64,000 nucleotides of DNA from the NCBI GenBank assembly GCA_965216875.1, contig OZ244207.1:5664001-5728000 (forward strand). Direction: 5' to 3'. Under the pieces are notes generated by a model. That model made no database searches, was not told the origin of the DNA, and saw only the letters and a list, made by a program, of their open reading frames with translations. Position 1 is the stretch's first letter. The number at the start of each line of letters is the position of its first letter. This document shows positions 1-9,268 of the stretch, piece by piece. A program made the position numbers and the translations under genes. The DNA is from Rubripirellula sp. Lineage in GTDB: Bacteria; Planctomycetota; Planctomycetia; Pirellulales; Pirellulaceae.

Positions 1-930
1 GAAGGCTATCCGTTCGTTGGCCGCATCGACGAAGCGAGAATCTATGATCTTGAGTTGTCAGCTGGCCAAGTGCAGGAGATTTACGAACAAACGCTCGGTG
101 AAATCGCTGGGATCGCAGCGAAAGATCGATCCGGTCAGCAAAAGGAAATCTTGAGACTCGCACACACGCGAGAATTCATCGAGCCTTCGCGTACCGCAAT
201 TGTGGAAGCAAATGCAAAACGGCAATCGGCGCGATGGGACGGTTTGCCTCGCTGGTACTCAATCAAAGAGGGGCCAGCCATGGTGATCATCGCCAAAGCG
301 TGCTTGCCCGAACAGGACGATTTTCCGTATCCGTTTGCGATGAGTCGTTGTGAAATCACGGGACGACAATTCCGTGCGTTCCGGCCCAGCTTTGGGTATG
401 ACAACAACGCCTCGCCAAGCCCCGATTGCCCACTTCAACAGGTGTCTTGGAATGACGCTGCCGAGTATTGCAATTGGCTGACCGACCAGGAAGGCATGCC
501 GCACGAAAAGTGCTTTCGCAAAAACGACGACGGTCATTTCGAGTTAGTTGACGACTTCGAAACCAAACTTGGCTATCGGCTTCCGACGCTCGAGGAATGG
601 ATCTACGCCTGCCGCGCCGGAACCAAGACCGATTATGCGTGCGGCGACCTATTGAGCATCGGTGATGTCGTCAACGAATTCGCATCGAACATTTCGAACT
701 CGCGCCACACCTACGTCGCAGGATCGTTGTTGCCCAATGACTACGGCATCTTCGATATGCATGGCAACGTTTGGGAATGGACCCTTGAAGGTTCTGTTTC
801 CGGTCGAAAGCTGGTCGGAGGTGCATTCAACAGCCCTGCTCACAACGTTGATTGGATCGCAAGAACTCAAGCGAGCCAGGATTACCACTGTCCCTATTAC
901 GGGTTTCGCATCGCCCGGCGCGTGAAGTAA
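1..930 (+). CDS. 5'-truncated multidomain protein: end of a LamG-like domain followed by a formylglycine-generating-enzyme-like (FGE-sulfatase/SUMF1) domain
   Basis: Frame is open from base 1 (EGYPFVGRIDEARIYDLELS, a LamG C-terminal signature). FGE-like motifs are VSWNDAAEYCNWL, YRLPTLEEW, PNDYGIFDMHGNVWEW and GFRIA. Confidence 0.8.
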   Translation, partial: EGYPFVGRIDEARIYDLELSAGQVQEIYEQTLGEIAGIAAKDRSGQQKEILRLAHTREFIEPSRTAIVEANAKRQSARWDGLPRWYSIKEGPAMVIIAKACLPEQDDFPYPFAMSRCEITGRQFRAFRPSFGYDNNASPSPDCPLQQVSWNDAAEYCNWLTDQEGMPHEKCFRKNDDGHFELVDDFETKLGYRLPTLEEWIYACRAGTKTDYACGDLLSIGDVVNEFASNISNSRHTYVAGSLLPNDYGIFDMHGNVWEWTLEGSVSGRKLVGGAFNSPAHNVDWIARTQASQDYHCPYYGFRIARRVK

Positions 931-1029
931 GTGACTTCGCCAACCTTAGCAGCAGCTTTTCCTACTCGCCTTGGCCTAGCCTGGCGCGTAGGATGAACGC
1001 AAACAAAAGGTGGCTCAAGCAATGGCACT

Positions 1030-1989
1030 TTGGCTGTGGCAGATCGAAACAACGAAATCGCTGCGTTCACCAGCGACCAACTTCCCGACAACACCACTTA
1101 CGGTGCAACCGATGTTGGAAAAGTCCGCGCATCGAACCAGGATCAGTTCCTGATCGCGCAGCTGAACAAGTCGATGCTGGTGTCTTCGACCAGCTTGCCA
1201 TTAGAAACTCAATCACGCCTGTTCGGACGCATTCAAGGCCAAATCCTGTTGGTCGCTGACGGAATGGGCGGTCACGCTGCTGGTGAAAAGGCGAGTAGTC
1301 TTGCCGTCGACCATTTCATCAAAGAACTGCTCAACAGTGTTCACTGGTTTTTTCTCGACGAAGAAGACAACGAAGAAGAGTTTGTCGAGAACTTGAAGAA
1401 GCTTCTTCAAGATGCGCATGCTCGGATTCTTTTCGAGTCCGCGCAACACCACAGCCAACGGGGCATGGGCACGACCCTGACGATGGCGCATTTGATTTGG
1501 CCAAAGCTTTATGTCGTGCATGCCGGCGACAGTCGCTGCTATTTGGTTCGCGATGGCGAAGCCCAGCAGCTAACCACCGACCACACGTTGGCTCGCCAAC
1601 TTGTCGAAGCCGGAGGTTTGAAACCAGAGGAAGAAGCCGATAGCCGATGGAGCAATGTGCTTTGGAACGTGCTCGGCGGGCACGCCAGCGGCGAACTGAT
1701 CGCCGAAGTCCATCGTGCCGAACTCGAACCTGGTGACGCGGTCGTGCTTTGTAGCGACGGATTGCATCGCTATGTCGACAGCGAGCAACTAGGATCGGTC
1801 GTGAGCGAAAACGAGACGGCGGAACAGGCCTGTCGCCGTCTAATTGACCTTGCCAACGAAGCCGGCGGGGAGGACAACATCACTGTGATTGTCGCAAAGC
1901 CTAACAAAGACCGAACGGGTCAATCGACTTGGATCGAGGAAACCGAACGAGAAATGCTTGCCGCGGAAATCGAAACCATTGATGAGTGA
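1030..1989 (+). CDS. PP2C/PPM-family Ser/Thr protein phosphatase
   Basis: Motifs TDVGKVRASNQD, VADGMGGH, MGTTLT, HAGDSRCY, LCSDGL, GGEDNITV. Confidence 0.93.
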   Translation: MAVADRNNEIAAFTSDQLPDNTTYGATDVGKVRASNQDQFLIAQLNKSMLVSSTSLPLETQSRLFGRIQGQILLVADGMGGHAAGEKASSLAVDHFIKELLNSVHWFFLDEEDNEEEFVENLKKLLQDAHARILFESAQHHSQRGMGTTLTMAHLIWPKLYVVHAGDSRCYLVRDGEAQQLTTDHTLARQLVEAGGLKPEEEADSRWSNVLWNVLGGHASGELIAEVHRAELEPGDAVVLCSDGLHRYVDSEQLGSVVSENETAEQACRRLIDLANEAGGEDNITVIVAKPNKDRTGQSTWIEETEREMLAAEIETIDE

Positions 1990-2235
1990 CTTTCGGCCAC
2001 TGTGGCGTGTCTAACGCACGAGCAACGACCCGATCACCGTTTCGTCGCTGCCCCCCATTCGATCTTCCCTGAACCTACCTCCCCGTAACACTGTCCCCCA
2101 CTCGTGTTCCAAAACACTCAAACGGTCTGGCACTTCGGCTGGACCAGGGCCGGTCTGCCGATTCACCGTCCCGATCTGCACACAGAACAATGCGTTCTTT
2201 CGAAACTCTAAGGATTGGCTGTGACAAAGCGAGCC

Positions 2236-3279
2236 ATGTCCGAATCCATTGCCGAACTTGACCCCGCCGAATCGACGACGACGGGCGAGAGTGAATCTGC
2301 CCACATAGAGTCCGCTCGGCCGTATGCGCCGCCAGCTCCTCCGGCTGAAAGCAGCCACTCCAAGCACCAAAAGGGGCTTGTCGTTGGAGCCGTTTGCGGC
2401 GTGATCGCGGCCGCGCTTTACACAATGGCCAACATTGCTCTCCGCCAATGCGTGGGCGTCGATCCCTTCCTGGTTTCCGCCGTCAAAGCAGCGCCGACCG
2501 TGATACTTCTGGCGCCTCTATTGGCGTGGATGTCCGCAACCAACAAGACAATTGCAACCAGTTATCGGATGCTTCCGCGTTTTGTTTTCGCGAGTCTGCT
2601 CGGCCAAGTGGTTGGTAATGGCGCATTTCAAATTGCACTTGGCATCATCGGCTTAGCGGCATCGGTTCCAATCACCCTTGGTGTGTTGATCGTTGGCGGT
2701 GCGATCCTGGGACGGTTCATGCTGAAGGAACCGGTGACGGTGCGAACGATGGTTGCGATGTTCACGCTGATCGGCGCGGTCATCGTCCTTTGCTTGCCGG
2801 GGGCAACCGTAGCGCCGGTTGAATCCAACCTTCCAGTATGGGTTGGTGCACTCGCCGCAGCCGCTTCGGGCGCCGCCTACGCGTTCTTTGGCGTCTCGAT
2901 GCGTCAGACGTTGACCAGCGGTATGTCGGCAACGGTCACGATGTTCGTTAGCGGAACTGTCGGAACGATCGTCCTTTGGGGCATCACGACGCTGCGCGAT
3001 GTTTCCCTTGACCACTCGCTGGCTCAATGGGGCGTGATGGTCGCTGCGGGCGTTTTCAACTTCACCGCCTTCGCAGCTCTGTCACGATCGCTCAAATCCT
3101 TGCCAGTGGTCGCCGTGAACTTGATCAATGCGTCGCAAGTCGCGATGGCTGCGGTGGCCGGTGTCATCCTGTTCGCCGAACCGGTAACCGCACCTTTGGT
3201 GTTTGGGATTCTGCTGACGTTTGCTGGTTTGGGAATCCTTGCCAATCGGCGCAACCACCAAAAACCTGCCGAGGCCTAG
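2236..3279 (+). CDS. DMT/EamA-family transporter
   Basis: About 10 hydrophobic helices in two repeats ending LKEPVT and FAEPVT. Confidence 0.8.
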   Translation: MSESIAELDPAESTTTGESESAHIESARPYAPPAPPAESSHSKHQKGLVVGAVCGVIAAALYTMANIALRQCVGVDPFLVSAVKAAPTVILLAPLLAWMSATNKTIATSYRMLPRFVFASLLGQVVGNGAFQIALGIIGLAASVPITLGVLIVGGAILGRFMLKEPVTVRTMVAMFTLIGAVIVLCLPGATVAPVESNLPVWVGALAAAASGAAYAFFGVSMRQTLTSGMSATVTMFVSGTVGTIVLWGITTLRDVSLDHSLAQWGVMVAAGVFNFTAFAALSRSLKSLPVVAVNLINASQVAMAAVAGVILFAEPVTAPLVFGILLTFAGLGILANRRNHQKPAEA

Positions 3280-3420
3280 GTAAAAAAGTAACGCGTGGCG
3301 AAACCGCGACCGACGCTTGTTTGCGTTCGTGCTGCGCCCTGAGGCCAAGCACTTGGGTCGCCGACTTTCGCCACGCGTTAGGTCCTGTGGATCCTTGGTG
3401 GTTTGATCTTTGCAGTGCTA

Positions 3421-6282
3421 CTAGAAGAGCTGGTTGATTGCCTCGTCGGTTGCGTCCGCGTTTCCGTCGACATCAACGTTCTCGATCCCGACATCACCGG
3501 CGCCGCCGTGCAGTTGCATCACGGCGACTTGGTCGAAGCGACTGCGAGCGTTGTAGCTTGCGACGCCAATTTGTCCGTCGTCGATTGCGGCATCGAATGT
3601 GTGCGTGAGCTTTTCGTGGCCTTCGACAAGGAAGGTAAGGGTGTCGCCTTCGATCCATACCTGCAATTCATACGCAGGCCCTTCCTTGATCTCTTCATCC
3701 AACGTGACGATGTCCGAAAACTCACCGTCGATCGCTTGACCAATCGCCCAACGATCAGCACCAGCCCATGCGCCGGCATACTTGAAGTCGTCTTCAGATT
3801 GATAGTCAAAGACGATAAAGCCGTTCTTGTACAAGCCCGGCAAGGCGTCGGCTCGGACCGTCGTGTAGACTCGAGTCGCGGTCCGTTCGGGCAACAATTC
3901 GTTGTCCATCACGGCAACAGCAACGCCATCGTCGCCTGGCAACAAGTGCATTTGTCCCGCCACGAGTTCGGAGTCGCCCGCGACTGTTTCAAAGGCCCCA
4001 TCGTCTTGATGGTTGAAGTTCAGCGAATAGGCGTGGCCGCTGTCCACGACAGTCTTTTCTGTCAGAACGTTGACGACACCGCCACTGGTGCTGTTCTGCT
4101 GCAACAGTGCGTCCAACTCGCTTCGTGCGACGTCGACCGATTGGAAGGCGATCGACATTTCATGTGATCGCTGAGCCAGCGATTGCTTGGCTCGCTCGAA
4201 TCGATCCGACGCGTGTTGCTCGTCAACCTGAGTTTGGTGCAAACTTTCCCCTGCGGCACGTAGATTCTCTTTTGCATCAGCGACGTCTTCACCGGTTTGG
4301 CGGAGATTCTCTTCACCTGATCGCACGTCTTCACGTGCTGCCTCTGCAACTTGAGCGGCATCGTTGAATCGCTGCCGCGCTTCGTCAACTTTTTCCTGGG
4401 ACTGTTGAAGCTTCTCTTGAGCCTCGGCGATGTCCTCTTGAACTTTGTCGCCTTGCTCGATGGTCTTTTCCAGCTTCTCGATCGCCTTTTCGAGGTTCTT
4501 TTCGGCATGCTCGATCAGCTTCTCGGCGTTCTTGATCGCTGACTCGGCTTTGTCAGCGTTCTTTTCGGCCGTCTTGTAGTGGTCGATTGCGTCTCGAAGA
4601 TCACGTCGTGCCTGACGCCGTTGATCTCTTGGAGCATCCTCGGCAGCGTCTTCAGCACGTTCGACAGCGGCTTCGGCTTCTTCCAACTTGTTCAACGCGT
4701 TGTCATAGTCAGCCTGAGCTTGGTCCAGCTCGCTGTTCGCTTTGTCGAGTCCGCTACGAGCTGCATCAACGTTCTGGCGCAGCTTGTCCTTTTGGCGGTT
4801 GGTTTCATCAATATCCGCGGTCACTCCTCGGACAGAGCTTTCCACTTTGCGATGCTCTTTGAGAACGTCGGCCAGTTCCTTCTCTGTTTCCTGAACGTTC
4901 TCATCCGCCTCGGCGACCGCCTTCTTAGCGTCGGTCAATTGTTGTTTCGCGAGTTCGCTTGCCTTTTCAGCATCACTCAGCGATTTGTCAGCCTCTGATT
5001 GTTGGGTCATCGCATCGCGAACTGCTTGGCGAGCGTTGAGTTTGGCATCGTTGGCCGCGGTCAGTTCCTCGCCAGCGGCATTGAATTCGATCGTTGCTTG
5101 TTCGGATCGAACGATGGCTTCTTGAAGATTCTGCTCGGCGGCCGCCACGGCCGCGCCGTCTTGCCCGTCGATGCCGACTCCCGAACCGCCGTTGTCACTG
5201 GCAGTGTTTTGGAAGATGTGGAAGTTCGTGAAGTGTGTGAATGCGTATTCGTTTGCAAGTCCGACAGCACCTTGATCGAGCGGGCGATCAAAGTCGTGGG
5301 ACACTCGGAACACGCCATCTGCAGCAAGCGAGACATGAGATCCATCGACGGCAACGCGAAGGTCGTACACTTGCTGTGCTTCGACGGGCTGGTCGAGCGA
5401 GGCAAGGTCGTTAAAGTCACCATCGAAATGGCCGATCACCCATTGGTCTGCGATCGAGCGTAGACCGGCATAGATGAAGTCATCTTCGGAACGGTAGTCG
5501 ATGACCACAAAACCGTTCGCCCAAGTGTTCTCCTCGACCGTTTTTGCTTTAACACCGATTTCGTATTGCAACCCAGGTGCAACGTCCGTTTGGATCACGG
5601 TCAATCCGTTGTCGCCGCGTTCTTGTCGACTGTCACCACCAACGCCTTCCTCGTCGGCTTGCCAATCACCGTGCACCGGTCGAACGGCATCGGTCCAATC
5701 TTGATCGGGGATTTCATCCGTAACGTTGACGTCAATCAGAAAGCGGTCTTCGACGACGAATTCATTTTCGAAGTAGCGGATTGCCACCACGGCGACACGA
5801 TTGTCGATCACGTCGAGCTGCCAACCCGAATCAAATCCGGGATGAGTGATGATCTGTCCGCCGGCGTTGGCGCCTTCGAGAGGATCCGCAAAACGTCCGT
5901 CGGTGTAGTCATACGATCCGATTGCCGAAGCCCCATGTTCACGCCGAACGTAGGATTCAAAAGCAACGACGCCATGGTCGACGTTGAAATCATCGCGAGT
6001 GCCATACCGCACTCCCGTCACCTGCAACGTCTCGCCACGGGTCATATCGATCGTGACCGAAGCCTGTTCGCTGCTGAAATACTCGCGATCACCGACGGTC
6101 ACCCACAGACCCGTGATGTCAGCAAGGGGTTGGGTCGTGTCGACGGCAGGTTCGCTCTGGTCGGTCCCGATGTCAGCTGCGAGTAGCTGCCTTGACTCGA
6201 GAGACTGGAAGCGAAGTGAGCGCTGAAGCTGGCTCTTTGTGTTCGATTTACGACGACGCGTTCGCTTGGGGAACTTTCGCAT
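3421..6282 (-). CDS. Secreted planctomycete protein: LESRQLLA export motif, two homologous ConA/lectin-like beta domains, central coiled coil of about 350 aa
   Basis: Basic N-terminus followed by FQSLESRQLLAAD. Internal repeat NGFVVIDYRSEDDFIYAG / NGFIVFDYQSEDDFKYAG. A/E/K/Q-rich heptads lie between the two domains. Confidence 0.8.
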   Translation of the reverse strand: MRKFPKRTRRRKSNTKSQLQRSLRFQSLESRQLLAADIGTDQSEPAVDTTQPLADITGLWVTVGDREYFSSEQASVTIDMTRGETLQVTGVRYGTRDDFNVDHGVVAFESYVRREHGASAIGSYDYTDGRFADPLEGANAGGQIITHPGFDSGWQLDVIDNRVAVVAIRYFENEFVVEDRFLIDVNVTDEIPDQDWTDAVRPVHGDWQADEEGVGGDSRQERGDNGLTVIQTDVAPGLQYEIGVKAKTVEENTWANGFVVIDYRSEDDFIYAGLRSIADQWVIGHFDGDFNDLASLDQPVEAQQVYDLRVAVDGSHVSLAADGVFRVSHDFDRPLDQGAVGLANEYAFTHFTNFHIFQNTASDNGGSGVGIDGQDGAAVAAAEQNLQEAIVRSEQATIEFNAAGEELTAANDAKLNARQAVRDAMTQQSEADKSLSDAEKASELAKQQLTDAKKAVAEADENVQETEKELADVLKEHRKVESSVRGVTADIDETNRQKDKLRQNVDAARSGLDKANSELDQAQADYDNALNKLEEAEAAVERAEDAAEDAPRDQRRQARRDLRDAIDHYKTAEKNADKAESAIKNAEKLIEHAEKNLEKAIEKLEKTIEQGDKVQEDIAEAQEKLQQSQEKVDEARQRFNDAAQVAEAAREDVRSGEENLRQTGEDVADAKENLRAAGESLHQTQVDEQHASDRFERAKQSLAQRSHEMSIAFQSVDVARSELDALLQQNSTSGGVVNVLTEKTVVDSGHAYSLNFNHQDDGAFETVAGDSELVAGQMHLLPGDDGVAVAVMDNELLPERTATRVYTTVRADALPGLYKNGFIVFDYQSEDDFKYAGAWAGADRWAIGQAIDGEFSDIVTLDEEIKEGPAYELQVWIEGDTLTFLVEGHEKLTHTFDAAIDDGQIGVASYNARSRFDQVAVMQLHGGAGDVGIENVDVDGNADATDEAINQLF

Positions 6283-6597
6283 CAGTTCGTCACGCTTTCG
6301 TGCTGTGCCCCATCATGACGATTCTCGCATCAGCCTCGCGATTCGCTGCGAGAGACCGATGTGGGGTTCGATCGTGATGGTTGAATAAGTTGAATAGGTT
6401 TTTGAAAAGGGTTGGTGGCCTCGAGAAGAAGCCTCCACGGGAAACCTAGGTCAACTTTTGCCAAGTGCAGAATGAAATCCGGCTTTTTTGGCGATCAATC
6501 GAGAAAACCACGCCATCCGCACCCTGTTTCGTCTCCACTCACGAAAGTGGTGGCGTGATCCGAAACGTCTCTCCCCGACCAAGAAAGTCGATAACAC

Positions 6598-7302
6598 TCA
6601 GTCGATGGCGACTGGCTCGATGCAGGCAGGGTCTTCGTTTCGAGCGTTGTTGACGTGACGCGAGACAGGTGTCAATCGAAATGTGTCGTCGGCAGCGGGT
6701 CGAATCAACTCTTTCAGCGCAGCGACGTCTCGAAAACCAGGATCAAGCCAACGATCAATGTCTTGTTCACCGATCGTGACAGGCATCCGGTCGTGGATTT
6801 GCCCCGTCACCGGGTTGGCTGACGTCGTGATGACCGTGCAAGTGGTCACCGGCTCGGAAGCGGCTTTGCGATTGATTTCCCACAGCCCTGCCATCGCAAA
6901 CGGCGCGTCGTCAGGACGATGTATCAAATAAGGCTGTTTGCCGTCGACAACCTTTTGCCATTCGTAATAACCATCGGCCAAAACGAGGCACCGTCGCGAC
7001 GCAAAGGACCGCTTGAACGACGGCTTGCTGTCAACCGTTTCACCGCGAGCATTGATCATTCGACTGCCGATCGCCAGGTCATCGGACCACGAAGGGACAA
7101 GCCCCCAACGGAGTGCAGCTGGCTCTCGACTCGCCCCAACCTCGGGCTGCAGAACACAGACAACCGACTGAGTCGGTGCAATGTTGTAGCGTGGCACCGG
7201 ATCGGCCCCGATCTTGAGTGCGAGTTCACTCAAATCAAATTGGGGCAGAAACTGTTGGCACCACGCCGCAGCGTTGGTTCGCAAAGTGAATCGTCCGCAC
7301 AA
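6598..7302 (-). CDS. SOS-response-associated peptidase (SRAP; YedK/HMCES family abasic-site protector)
   Basis: N-terminal MCGRF, RYNIAPTQ, RWGLVPSW, INARGET, GYYEW, IHDRMP. Confidence 0.95.
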   Translation of the reverse strand: MCGRFTLRTNAAAWCQQFLPQFDLSELALKIGADPVPRYNIAPTQSVVCVLQPEVGASREPAALRWGLVPSWSDDLAIGSRMINARGETVDSKPSFKRSFASRRCLVLADGYYEWQKVVDGKQPYLIHRPDDAPFAMAGLWEINRKAASEPVTTCTVITTSANPVTGQIHDRMPVTIGEQDIDRWLDPGFRDVAALKELIRPAADDTFRLTPVSRHVNNARNEDPACIEPVAID

Positions 7303-7910
7303 AGTCGTGAAATCCTGACTGGATCAAAGGCTGGGCCGCAAATCCGACCCTGTGGTGATGTTGCATTTGGCAACGATTGTAGCGGGCAGAGTGCCGCAGA
7401 ATGAAACACCTTTGATCGAAGCGGCACTGCCGCTGTGAACCAGACCGGTTGTTCCGAGCACAAGAATCCCCACGAAAACTTGAAAAAATGGCGATCGACG
7501 TCGCCTCCAACGTCGACCGCCACGGATCACAACATCGCCCGTGGGGAACGGGGATCCTGGGTCCGGAAAGTCTCTGATGCAAACCGAGTGCCAGAAGTCG
7601 GATTGTCTCCCCGAACCTTTTTGCCGATGCATCGTCATGTAGTGAGAGCCACATATCGGCTCACTTCGCTTCACCCCAACGCGGGAATGTTTCCATGTTC
7701 AGCTGCCAAGGTTTGTGGTGATCCCAAGGGGATCCCATCTCGATTGAAACTGCCTGCGATCTTTCCCTGTCGTGACGCGAATCGCTCTTTCGTGAGTCAA
7801 CACAGGGATCGTGTTCCCCGCGCTTGCCGCTCCTACTGACGCCGCGCGCTTTCGGAACCGACTGAAAAACGACGCAGGCGTTGAGCATCCCACAAACCTG
7901 CGGCTCTGTT

Positions 7911-9185
7911 ATGAATCCTGCGAAGACGAAGGTCTCGCGAGAGGTCGGTGCGCGCCGATGCGTTAGCCAACTCGTGAAGGACCACACCAACTATTTCAAT
8001 TACCCAGCAAGCAACGATCGTTACCACCGACTTGTCCAAGCCGTTCATGAAAAGACGGCTTTGCTAAGCTATCGACGTCTGCGCGGAGGCGAGCAGATTC
8101 TCTCGCACGAATCGGTTCTGCGCGCATTGCACCAACTTTCTGGTTACCGGCGAGAGTGGGTCCGTTCGCCCGAGACCTTCGTTCCGAGCGGAACGTCGAG
8201 CCTGCACCTTCAATGGGCTGAGTTCCTTGGTCACATCATCGAGGCTTACCCGACGCCCCGTTTCTTCGCCTTCAATTGGCTGAATTCGGAATACTGCGAT
8301 CGTTTGAGGAAGCTGCACTTTCACATTGCGGGTGGAGGCAGTTTGCGGCATTACGTCCTGCCGGGCGGAACACTGATCGATCGGACCACGGCCAACTACC
8401 TTTCCCGAGCGCCCCACGACGCGTCCGTCGAACAGGCGTTGCGTTGGGCGCACGTCATGGCGGCCTACCATCAACTTAACCGCGATCCCGACGCGCAAAT
8501 CGCGCGGCTCATGATGAAACTCGCTCCCTTCAGCAGCCAAGTGGATCATGAGGTTTTTTGGCGGGGGACATCCCGTTTCATCGCCCGCCATGAACTGGGA
8601 TCGCAAGAAGTCGTCAACCTGGTGCTTATGGCAACAGACGTACGCTTCAAACCGGGCAACGAAACCTTTCCCAATACCGCCCTTGATCACCCGCTTGATT
8701 CAAGGCTGTGCATCGAAGGCCGAACACTTCCGGACGTTCAAAACCTCGTTCGAAACTGGAAAGAGATCTATCTCGATATCCATCGCGACAAATTAGTTCG
8801 CCGCCACCGTCGCTTTGAACCTTGGGGCAAGTTGGATATCAAGGATGGGCATTTTGGGTCGCATGAGGAGTCTGATTTTTGGGAAATCGTGCAACTGTTG
8901 ACCGCGCATGATTTGCAACTTGAGGGTCAAAACTTGAAACACTGCGTTGGTTCCTACGTTCGTAGTTGTCGCTCAGGAAACTCTTCGATCTGGTCGATGC
9001 GACGCTGGTGCAGCGGACAGATGCGTCGCTACCTGACCATCGAAGTAGACCCCAAGGAACGTGAAATCGTCGAGGCTTTAGGACAATGCAATCGTCTGCC
9101 GCGCACGCAAGAGATGGCGATGGTCCGATCCTGGGCTCAAGAGGCTCAACTCAAGGTCGCTTCTTGGGTAGGACCGGGTGATTAG
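7911..9185 (+). CDS. PcfJ-domain protein
   Basis: C-terminal DLQLEGQNLKHCVGSY...SIWSMR...LTIEV...ALGQCNR matches the PcfJ-like signature. Confidence 0.75.
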   Translation: MNPAKTKVSREVGARRCVSQLVKDHTNYFNYPASNDRYHRLVQAVHEKTALLSYRRLRGGEQILSHESVLRALHQLSGYRREWVRSPETFVPSGTSSLHLQWAEFLGHIIEAYPTPRFFAFNWLNSEYCDRLRKLHFHIAGGGSLRHYVLPGGTLIDRTTANYLSRAPHDASVEQALRWAHVMAAYHQLNRDPDAQIARLMMKLAPFSSQVDHEVFWRGTSRFIARHELGSQEVVNLVLMATDVRFKPGNETFPNTALDHPLDSRLCIEGRTLPDVQNLVRNWKEIYLDIHRDKLVRRHRRFEPWGKLDIKDGHFGSHEESDFWEIVQLLTAHDLQLEGQNLKHCVGSYVRSCRSGNSSIWSMRRWCSGQMRRYLTIEVDPKEREIVEALGQCNRLPRTQEMAMVRSWAQEAQLKVASWVGPGD

Positions 9186-9268
9186 CGTTTGTTGCCTGGA
9201 TGGTGTTCGAGTTGGGAGGTTCCAGCTACGCTGGTGGGTTTGCTACAACCTCTCGATGGCGCGACCCC

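Noticed and set aside
7303..7910. Known riboswitch (c-di-GMP, cobalamin, SAM, TPP)
   Set aside because: No consensus core recognised; kept only as an unassigned structure
6598..9185. Prophage or plasmid remnant (SRAP plus PcfJ)
   Set aside because: No integrase, att-like repeats, structural or replication genes
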